A stretch of 64,000 nt of DNA, taken from positions 251,839 to 315,838 of the forward strand of contig NMRA01000385.1 of the NCBI GenBank assembly GCA_002633005.1. Reading direction: 5' to 3'. A program made the position numbers and the translations under genes. Below the pieces are notes generated by a model. It saw only the letters and a program-made list of their open reading frames with translations, was not told the origin of the DNA and did not search any database. The DNA is from Phoronis australis (taxonomy: Eukaryota > Animalia > Phoronida). Below are positions 24,801 to 36,800 of this stretch, one piece after another. Each line of letters starts with the position of its first letter. Position 1 is the first letter of the stretch.

Positions 24801-27800
24801 GGTGTGACAATTGACTGAAGACTAGTTCGAGTTATTCCTTTATTAATCCCGACCGTACGTTCACAAGCCTGCTCAAACAAAACATCTAACGTAATGTCTG
24901 TTTATGCTCCAGCCAGTGCTGCGAAGCCTTGACTTGTGATGAACTTCTGAGACACGTTCAGCAACTGTTACACTCGTTGATTCAATAACCTGCTGTCTCT
25001 ATAGCTGGCTCTCTATTGACTATCGCTGTAACTGCTGATTCTCTTCACTGCAACTCAACTGTAGTTCTGATTAACTTTCTTGAACTTCTGATGAACTGAC
25101 TTGATCTTCTCTTGAACTGACTTGATCTGACTAACACAAACCCGTGCTTGTGTATTTATAGCCTAATGCATTGTTCTGGAACTTTTCATCAATTCAAGCA
25201 CATTCTAGAACTTTCCTGAATCTACCCAACCATTCTACAAACATACACTAGTCTCTAGAATGTTCCAGACTGCATTAATCACTGTCATGCTTGAGTCTTC
25301 CAGAAAGTTCCACACTAGACTGTAGTAAGCAAATTACGTCATCACTGTTCTGACCTCAGTCTTATAGAAAGTTCCACACTATTTTGTAGTAAACAAATTA
25401 CATCATCACTGTACTTAACTCAGGGGTCATGCCAATCAAACAGAATAACAAAACAAAACAATACAACTAAAAATACTGTCAGACTATATTCTGACAGAAA
25501 AGTACAGTCATGGAAAAACCATTTGCTCTTTTTTGGTCTCCTGAATTAGACTTCAACAATGTTTTGTGGTATGAATATCACTTATTGTAGGAATTCATGA
25601 TTGTACGAGGAGCAGTTGCCATTGAATTTCAGCAGTAACGCACCAACATATTTGTGCTACGCTTTGTTTTACCATATGTCCACAGAACCTCATACAAACG
25701 TGGCCTGAGATACTTACAGACATCTGTTGACATGAAGATTACTCTGTGCACATTAAATTTTAGATCCTTGTGCTTTTATTCGAAATAATGCATTTTCACA
25801 AAGCTTGATTTTTGTTCATGCATTTTGCATGCAGTTGCATGCGCCTAAGCTTCACAGAAAAACGTGGTATCATGTAAATGTGCATGTCAGTTGTAGGCAG
25901 AGACAACTTTGGCGCATAGATGTGCATGCCACTTGTAGGCATAGAAACCTTGGTAATATTTAGATGCACATATCATTTGTAGGTACAGACAATCTTGGAA
26001 TTTAGATGTGCATTTCTTAAACTGGGTGTTTTTGTGTCATTATCATTTTTCCTTTCTGAGTGCTAAAATTAGATCTAGTTAAAATGTTAATTGAAAAATG
26101 TGAAGATCTACCATTTTGTAAACTATTAGATGTCTAGCTGCACTCACATGCTATTTAAAAATTTGCTGCTAGGCTTCATTGTAGTGAGTCGCAAATATTA
26201 GCATACATTAAAATGTAGATACAGCTTCAAATGTAGGAGCATGTCATTAGGTAATGGCCATTTAAATGGGTCCTACATTTTGAGAACCTGCTTTCGTCTC
26301 TGAATAACAGGTATCAATTGAAAGTGGTTCTAAAAATATGGGGCCCATATAAGTGATTATTGCCAGAACATGCATCAATATGCGCATGTGAGGTACACTT
26401 CATGTAGTCAAATATAATTATGCCAGTTTGTCAACATTCATAAAGACATTGGGTTAGAATTCTCATAATGTTATTTTTGGCAGGCTTTTGTGACTGTACG
26501 AGCCATCACGGGTCATAACTGTCATGAAGACATCGTTGTGTCCGAATCTGACGGATTCCAGCTGGATTCTACACCACCCACTTTGGAACTGAAGGAGTTT
26601 GGTACAGTGGTTGAGCTAAGCGACCCTCATCGTGTAATCTATGAGTCCAAGGAAGCAGACATGTTGAGTTTCCAGTGGAACAGCACGGATTATGGTAGGT
26701 CGAACTTCAATTTAATTTTCATTAGTGCCCGCAGACAATCATTACGGTGCACACCATTTTGACAAATTCCGTAGGTGTAATCATGGGCGACGCACCATAT
26801 GGGGCTGGGGGGCTATAGCCCCACTTTTTATAGTGCTGCGCTGCCCACGATCTCCGGGCAATGCACCACAGGGGGACTTGGGGCTATAGCCCAGCTTTTT
26901 TCAGTTCTGTACTGCCCATGATAGTAACTTATCTCTGTTTGCCAAATTAGTGTCCACTATCCATAGACTTATTTGTTGTCTGCTTTTGTATTAACTTGAA
27001 CTTCGCATTGAAAATTGTGCTTCGCATTGCTGAATATGATTTCCATGTTGTAACGTTATTCTTCTTCACAACAGTGTAAAGGGCGATTAAAAGCACTTGC
27101 AGGTCTGTTTGGGTACAAATTTTAAAAGATGTTTCAATACATTACCCTTAATTGCAAACAATCTCACTGTGGATACGTCAAGGAAATTCATTTCTCATGT
27201 AACTGGTTTCACTGAAGTGTTTGATTATTGCCATATTGCATTCCAAACTGAATAACTTTAAAGTTAAGCTACAATTTTGTTTCATGTTTCATTTCTAAAT
27301 ATTTTCATTGATATTTCAACAGGAATTGAAAACAAAACTATGTACTACCGTGTGGGGAGTCTTCCTGGGACAGGAGACCTCCAAAACTGGAAAGCCACCA
27401 CTGAGTACCATATGCCACTGGGCACGGTTAAACTAACCCAAGGACAACTGGTAAGAACCATGCTAATCTAGAATTGAATTTTGATGGTTGTTTTAAAGTA
27501 TACCTCTCTATGAAAATGGTTATTCATTCCAATCTTTAGTTGTTACAGCTAAAGGCAAATACAGAAGTGTTTAAAATACACCCTCTGCTACAGATCGATT
27601 GGCATTTTTTTGATATATAATGCCCCGTTTAGTGTCATTTTGCAGGTGATGTTCAAACTGATAAAAAGTGAGACCATTTGAGACCTAGAAGAAATCACAT
27701 CAGTTGAACGATTGTTTGAAACACGAATGCCGCCACAAAGTTTAACGTGAGGGTAAAAGCACATTGCGCTAACGATGAGAACATAATTACCGAAAAATTG

Positions 27801-30800
27801 CATTCAGCTTTCAAAAAGATGGGGTTAATACCCTTCATCAGCCACCTTGTGGGTTGACCATTTGTAATCTACCTGAACTATGTCTGTAGACGACGGCCCA
27901 GAGAGTAATCGTGCGTGCGAGCCCTATATAAGCTACCGCACGTAATATCAAGCGACCGTAATATTACGCCACGCTTCGTCTCATAAACTACAAGCAAATA
28001 CTGTCAAGCAGTAGTATTACAACAAAATTCGAATAAATATCATCAGAAATCCGAAATCATCATGACGTAAACTTCGTTCATGGATGATGTTACACGTCTC
28101 AGACAAGACTACGCAAAAATGCGTAAGATTACACGTCGGCGTGTAAGATTACGCATCTGCACGTAATATCAAGCAGTCATGTATGTTGAAAAAATCACCC
28201 GTGCAACTAAGGGCTATCAGCGTGCAACATTAGGTATCTGTACCTAATATCAAAAGGTCATGCATAATATGACAATGACAAAAAATCGCCGGTATGATCA
28301 ATGCCTATATAAAGGTCCGAGCTTAACTTCAACCGGCCATAATATTACACGACCGTAATATTATGTGACTGTAATATTACGCAAGAAACCTCTACTGACT
28401 GTCCATGTCACAGCCAATTGTAATGGACATGTTTAGATTCTGATATTAGATTTTAGTACATGTAAGTTGATGGCAAAATTTAAAGCTCCCATTTGAACGA
28501 ATAGTTGAACGATTGTTTGAGACACGAACGCCGCTGCAATGTTGAACGTAAGGGGACTGGAAGCACATAAGCTGAATTACCAAAAGCACAGTGAGGAATC
28601 GCCCGTTCAAGCCCTATCTAAGCTACCGGGCTTAATATCAAGCAACCGTAATATTACGCCACGCTTCGTCTTATAAACTACAAACAACATGATGTCAAGC
28701 ATTACTAATACAACAAAATTCGAATAAATATCATTAGAGTACCAAGTCATCATAACATAAACTTCGTTGATGGATGATGTCACAAGTCAGGCACAAGACT
28801 ACTTAAAGTGCATAATATTACACGTCAGCGCATAAGATTACACATCCTCACGTATTATCAAGCAGTCTTGTATGTTGAATAAATTGCTCGTGTGACTAAG
28901 GGCTGTCAGCATGCAAAATAACGTATCTGTACCTAATATCAAACGGTCATGCATAATATGAAGATGACAAAAATTGCCGGTGTGAACAACGCCTATATGA
29001 ATGTCTGAGCTCAACATCAAGCGACCGTAATATTACGCGTCTGTAATTTTATGCTAGAAACCTCCACTGAAGTATGGAAATTATGAGTCACTGTATCGCA
29101 TAGTAAATTGTAAGGGACATATTTTAGATTCTGATATTAGGTTTTATTACATATAAGTTGATGGCAAAAGGTAAAGTTAACATTTGAACTAATAGTTGAA
29201 CATTTGTTTGAGACACGCATGCTGCAGCAAACGGTTTAACGTAAGGGGATTGAGAGCACATAAGCTCTCGATGGGAACGGAATTACCAAAAGTTCGCATT
29301 CAGTTTGATGGGGCTTCACAATGCTTTGTCAGCCACCTTGTGGGTTAAGCCTATGAAATCTATCCGAACTGTGTCTGTATAGGACGGCCCTGTGAGCAAC
29401 CGCCCTTGCGTGCCCTATCTAAGCTACCGCGCGTAATATCAAGCGACCGTAATATTACGCCACGCTTCCTCTTATAAACTACAAGCAACATGATACCAAG
29501 CATTGGTATTACACGAAAATTCGCACAAATCCCAATTCACCATAACATAAAACTTCATTCATGGATGATGTTACACGTCTGGGATACGACTACACAAAAA
29601 TGCGTAAGATTACACGTCAACGTCTAAGATTACGCATCCACAAGTACGATAAAGCAGTCATGTATGATGGAAAAAAAGTCGTCTGGTGGCGTGCAACTGA
29701 AGCATATGAGTGTGTAACCTTAGAGACCCGTACGCAATATCCAGCATTTATGCGTAATATCATATATGATGAAAAATCGCCCGTGCAACTAAGGGGCTAT
29801 ACAAGCACCCCTGCCTAACATCAAACGACCATAATATTACGCAAAAAGCTCCGTACCGAGTGATGGCTTACTGCGCATGCTGCAGCCAAGAGTTACTGGG
29901 CAAATTTTAGCTTCTGCATTAGGTTTTAGTACATGTAAGTTGGTGGCAAAGCATACACCTCACATTTGAACGGTTGTTTGACACAGACACCGCCGCAAAG
30001 TTTGACTTGAGTAGGTTGGAATCATATTCGCTATCGCTGGGAACGGAATTACCAAAAATATGAGCTAAAACTCTGTCTCAGCTTTCTCGTGGGTTAACTG
30101 TTTCAAAATTATCTACCTGAACTGCGTCTGTATATGACCACTCAAGGGGAATCGCCCGTGCGAGGCCTGTAAACGCCCGTGCGTAACATCAAGCGACCGT
30201 AATATTACGCTACAAACTTTCACCAAAGTATGGAAAAACTGAGTCACTGTGCATTGTGCAGCCAGAAGTAATGGCCATATTTTTACTTGTGATATTAGGT
30301 TTTAGTACCTTCAAGTTGATGGCAGTCGCAAAGTCCACACTTGCCCATTTTAATAGTTGGACTCGTACTTGTGCGAGACAAGGACCCCTGGGCGCTGTTT
30401 AAATTGTTCGTGGGAAGGACACGATTTTCAAAAAAAGCGTACGCCGCGCCTTGTAAAAATCAACCCATACTCCAGCACTATGACGACGCACAGGGGAAAA
30501 TCACCCGAGCGTCGGAGGCCTATCGCACCCGTGCATAATATCAAGCATCCGTAATATCATACCTCAGGACACGATGGAAGGATCAAAAGAGTGAGGCAGC
30601 TTATTTATTGAAGTTAGCCTTCACAAGCGCCGGACACGGAAAATCACCCGAGAGGAGCGTATCTAAGCACCCGCGCGTAATATCAAGCGGCCGAAATATC
30701 AAGCATCGGAGCACGACAGAAGGTTCAAAAGAGTGAAACAATAATACAGCGTGTTTACAGGAGCTAGCATTCGCAATTGCGACATTTTAAGCCACAGGCA

Positions 30801-33800
30801 TTCAATCACTTGAGCTTCACCAGAATTTATCCTCACCCCGCTTCCGCCATCATATGGTATATTTAAGCCAAGCTGTTGTGACCCGTGGTGTCTCAACTGT
30901 ACATCCTGCGTAGCTAGAACATGTTTTAACATAACATAACAAAACCAACAAAACATAACGGATCAAAAAAAACATCCAACAAATCATCTTATAAACTACA
31001 AGAATTAACATACTGTCAAGCGCAAGCGTTACAACAAAATTCGAATAAATGCGGCATTTCAGATATCCCGAAGTCACCATACGGCAAATTTCATTCTTGC
31101 TTGATATTACACATCAGTGCGTAAGATTACACAAAAATGTGTGAGATTACAGGTCAGTGCGTAATATTACGTACCCGTACGTAATATCAAGCAGCCGTGC
31201 GTAATATTACGCATGACTTGCGTAATATTACGCAATCCATGTGCGTAATATTACGCACGCAAATTTCAATGGCTAATTAACGGAAGACTAAACGAAGTTT
31301 TTCAAAAGTAGAGCATGAAATTCATTAAGGAGGGGGCCATGATTGATTACAAACCAAATTTAAAGACAAAATGTTGGTATTTATCTGAAATGTAATATTA
31401 CATTTCAGTTTGGGACAAAATGGGAAAGTACCTTTTTAAATGGGAAGCGCTTCACTGTAAATTTTTGAGTGCTAACTTTATTTTTTATTGTTAAACCTTG
31501 AACAATAGCTCTACTCAGCAAACAAACTGCTGATGGCGCTCTTTAAGGCTGATTAATTCCCTGAGCACCATTGACAGTGATGCATTGCACGATATACAAA
31601 AAATCAGAAACACACATCTAGAAAAACAAAAACATGAGTGCTGCAAGGGACGTAAAACGGTACCAAGTCTGGTTTTGGCCTATTAGCAGGCATTAAAAAT
31701 GACTTTCCTATCTAGTTATCTGAAACAAAGTAATGCTTTTAACCCTCCATAAGCCCCAGATGTTTGGAGCAAGATTTGAAATCAATCTCTTTTCAAAGTC
31801 TGCTACACGGGCAAGCATGATACCTACGCTTTAGGGGAGTTACACAACTCTGGAAAGACCATGCACTGGCCAAGAATAACAATATCCAGTTTGTGACAGA
31901 AAGTGTGAGTCTCTATTTATGCTTTTATCGTTCAAGTGGTATTCCTATGCTGCATTAGCGCATGACAGATCGAAGACTCATGGTTGAAATTTCCAAATAG
32001 GATTTAGTTTCCTTTTGAAAAAGAATTCATTCGGTTTCAAGGTTAACCGAATTGTACATTTTCCTGAAGCAACTGAGCAGAGCCTTGTAGGTCATGTTCT
32101 ATGCAACGAAATGTGTAGTGAAGCACGTTCTTCAACTCTCACTTGCCCATAGGTGTTTGGTGAACTCCGCTCTGTGGATCAGCTGGGCAATAGTGTCAAG
32201 AAATTAACACCAGGTGTCACTGTGGATGTGACGCCACCTTACGTGGAGAACTATCGCTGCCATCCTTATGTGTCTACCACCAATCTGGGATTTGATTGCA
32301 GCTGGAATATCGTTAGTGACAACGAGAGCTCTGTTACTTGTGAGTTGATATAGCAAGATATTTTCTCATTCCAAAGAGAAAACTAATTTTATTATAAAGC
32401 ACGCGACTAATTCAGCATTCAAGAATTGGTTATTGCTCATTGCCAAACTTTACTAATTTCTTGTCAGTTACCGGTGTGCTATTTTAAGTTTGCATGGTTG
32501 CACAGAAGAGGTGTGTAAAATTTCTTCAGTGCATAATTAAATGCCAACTTTCTTTCTTCAGACATGGCCATTGCCGTTGGCACGTCTCACAACAGTACAG
32601 ACATGATAGATTGGTATGAACTGCCTCCTTACCGACAAATGTGGAAATACCATTTCCTGGAGAAAAATTTGACTGCAGGAGTTAAGTACTTTGCCACGCT
32701 TCATGTGAAAAACCTCGTCGGCCATGACATCTCCGTTTCTGATGAGGTTGTCTACATCATTGATCCACCAACTGCTAGGGAGGTAATTGGTTTTGGCAAG
32801 CATTTTTCAAATTTCGATTTACCTGTTTCATGTTGCAATTATGAATGTGAGAGGTAGATAATGAAAACCGTGTTGTTCAGTTAATATACAACTCCAGAAT
32901 TATGCCAAAATTCTGCTTTTTTCAGGACATCATAACTCAGGAATGATTGATACTTATACAATCATTTAAATAAAAGTTTTGAATACTAGGAATTTTTGCA
33001 CTTTACTCAAAATGATTTGGGACTAATTTTTCTTTTTTGCACGAGTCGAAATTTAAGTCTGTTGATTTTGTTTTCTGTCATATTGCATTGCATTAGGCAA
33101 CTTTTACGCTAACAGGATTTGCATGCAAGTGAACGTGAAGGCATGCACCATTTATCCCAGAGTATCCATCGAATTCCTCAGCACATCAAAGGCTTGATGG
33201 TGCTGTCATGGACTGAAGTGAGGTAGTCACTGTTCATGGGCTTGGTGGAATGAGTATTGGATAAGATAATTGCGTTGGTAAACCAACACATCTGTTAAAC
33301 GTACGAGTTGTGCATTCATTAGCTCTGGTTGGTCACAGTCTGGCACAAGCTCGCTTAGACGATGGGGTAAAAAAACCCTAAATGTTTACGTAATAGTTGC
33401 ATCATGAGCAGCTTTTGTGTGCATCACCCAAAAAGTGACTGTCAAAACTGATGACCATTTGAATTTCGATGGATGGGCTGGTATTCGTCTGTTACAGATT
33501 ACGTTAAAATGGTGAACCGTTCACTTTCATATTGTTATGCGCCCACATATTTATATGTGGTCGCATATTGCTGTCATCTGTCTGGGCGTCCGGCGTCTGC
33601 GGCTGTATCTCTTAAATCCCTTGCAGAATCTTATTGAAATTTGGCAGGTGTGTTTCTATGGGTTCTATGACAGAGGGCGACGAGTTTTGGACTGACCCGA
33701 ATACCGCTGTGCCCCCTAGTGGCAATTTTAGTTTTTTACGTTTGCCTCTGTATCTTCAAAGGTCTTCAACCGATTTTTATGAAATTTGGTACATAGGCAT

Positions 33801-36800
33801 CTATTAATGAGTTGACGCTATTCTCCCATTTTTGGATTGCTTCGATGGATTTTGCGCCATCTAGTGGCCATTTTTACTATTTTCGAGTCATTTTTGTCGT
33901 CCGCCCCTCTAATAACCTAACCACTCTAAGGATGATTGTGAAAATTGGCATGTATGGTCTTACTATGAAGAGTACAGTTGACGATGATTTTCCGATGATT
34001 TCGACTACTGTGGCGCCTTCTAGTGCCAGTTTTGTTTGTTTTTGCGCCCATGGCTGTATCTCCTAAACTCTCTAAAGGATCTTTATTAAATTTAGCAAAT
34101 GTATTTATATAAAGTTGACAACAGACGACGACGACTTTCGAACAGATCGGTCTACCAGTGTGCCCCCAAGTGCAATTTTAGTTTTTTACTCATCAAATTT
34201 CCATAAAATTTGGCACATAGACATCCATTAGTGAGTTGACGCTAGCCATTCAACTGCGGATTGATTCAAGGTTTTTTACGCCACCTAGTGGCGAATTTTA
34301 ATTAAAGTTGGTAAATGGCTTTCTTTTAAATAAACAATGACATTTTTTTGGTTTTCAGAGGGATTCAATGTATTTTGTGCCATCTAGTGGCCAATGGCAT
34401 ATTAATGACACAAAGAAACAACCCTAAAAGCACACCATTTGCGATGCATTCGTGGGCGCATTTCAATGCCCCGCGTTGCTCTTGTTACAGATTGGAATAG
34501 ATACTGCTTGTATTCTGAAAATCATGGATTTATGCTGTGTCAGTTATTTCCTCTGGTATATTTACAAACTCCATCCACATTACCACTGTTATAGGTTAAA
34601 ATAGTTACTCCTATATTTCCACTGCTCCAGTTTTTAATGTACTGTCTCTGCTCATACTCCAAACGTCACAGTTTAGAATACTGACTCTATCTACATTCCC
34701 ACTATTACAGGTTAAAATTAGTATCTCCACATTCCCACTGTTATAAGTTAAAATCATGACTCTAATCACATTTCCACTGTTACAAGTAAAAATCATCGAC
34801 CTATACATACTACCACTGTTACAGGTTAAAATCACAACTACCCACATTTCCATGGTTGTAGGTTAAAATCATGACTCTCTATACTACCAATGATTGTTAT
34901 TGGTTAAAATTTATGATCTCCATATTTCCACTGTTAAAGGTTAAAGTTATGACTATGTCCACACTTCCACTGTCACAGGTTAAAACCTTGACTCTATACT
35001 ACCACTGTTACAGAGGTTAAAATTGTAACTCTATCCATTTTCTCACTGTTACAGGTTAAAATAGTTACTCCGTCTATTTTTCCACTGTCACCCAACCCTG
35101 TTCAGGTTGTCTGCCAGATTTCTCAGAGGTTTGTTGATGTCGAGTGGCAGCCATTTACTGACAGCACACCATTGGACAGGTTTGTTTTTTCAATGTCTGC
35201 CAAATAGCTATATTTTAACACCTACTGTTAGCACACCTGTTTATTATAATAATTAATATCAATAAAATTGGAATTACATATGCTACCACTATGAGAGATG
35301 CCGGAATCAATCTTGTTCACACGGTTTAGTTAAAGAAACTGATCTTGATCACATAGTTATTGGAAGTGATTTTGTTCACATTTTAATAGAATTGGTCTTT
35401 TTCACAGAGTTAATGTAACTGGTCTTTTCACAGAGTTAATGTAACTGATCTTGTTCATGTGGTTGATGTAACTTATCTTGTTCACATGGTTTATGGAACT
35501 GATCTTGTTTACATGGTGTGCCGCCCATGTGTAGGCTACGGTGTGTTCAAAATTTCTATAAATCTGTAACAGCGAAATAAAACAAGTCATTTGTACTTGT
35601 AAGGGTTTTACATTGAATTTTGGTGATTTATTGGCTCAAAATTTCTATAAATCCGTAACAGCGAAATAAAACAACTCGTGTATTTGTAAGGGTTTTACAT
35701 TGAATTTTAATGATTTATTGGTGTAAAACAATGAATTAAAGTGATAAGCTGACACCACTAAACATCTATGGAACTCCTAAGAAGACTGTGTTAGAACCTG
35801 TGACGTTATTGGTTACTTTCAACATCTCTGTTTTGTCTGGTGACAGGTAAAAGAACTGAACTTGCTGTTATTGAATGGAACTAGTCAATCTATTGTTACA
35901 AAATACGTAGTTTTTTTGGTGACATTCTCCTTTAATGCCTATGAAGAGAAAACATCTGTGGATGTTTTAAAGCTGTCTAAGCTTCAGGATCAATGTAAAA
36001 AATCATGGCAAATGTGTTCCCTGTTTCTTTCTAGGTATGAGATAGCATTGGGCACTGCTCAATCATCGACCTCCATTCTACAGTTCAAGTCTATTGGCTT
36101 GGTAACATCTTACACTATTAAGGGACTTAACCTAGCAGCAGGTACGAATTCAAATTTCATTGTCATTTTGTTAAGAAAAGTCTTGTGGTCTTTGGATACC
36201 AGTGCTACTGTTTTGTATATATTTCGAATCCAGTTACAAAACAGTTACAAAACTTAACACTGCAAGTGGACTCGTTGTATAAAAGAGGTGTCACTGACAC
36301 CTGTAGGACATTTAGTTGTGGATTTCTTACAAATAGGCTGCTGAGACATCTGATCTGTTGGCTTATAAAAAATAGAATATTTTTCACAAAAGCATCCCAT
36401 CTACCATCTTATGAGTCATTCATATAATTTAAAAATTAATTTGCTAAATCCCAATTACTTTCGATTATTATGAGCAGTCATAGCCTAACCAGAAGTCATG
36501 CTCTTGAAGTGTAAATTTTCTCATGGTAAAAAGAATTGGTGATTTGTACTCTGATTTGGAGCCAGATGATAGGATTAAGGCAGATCTAATGTCTGGCAAG
36601 CCCTCTCATGATTAAGAATTCTTTAAGATGACAGATCAGTTGTCTGAACTGCCATCAAGTCGATTGACATACATATCTTTCTATTGCAACACTGACTCGA
36701 GTGTGTTTTTACTCACAAGTTCACTTATACATTTCACAGGTTTATGTTATAACTGTCTGTTTATTTGACTTTCAGTGTGAAATACTTTTGTCCACATAAA

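Noticed and set aside
29561-29818. 85-aa ORF in the macrosatellite
   Set aside because: Homologous positions in other units contain stops or frameshifts; no recognisable domain.
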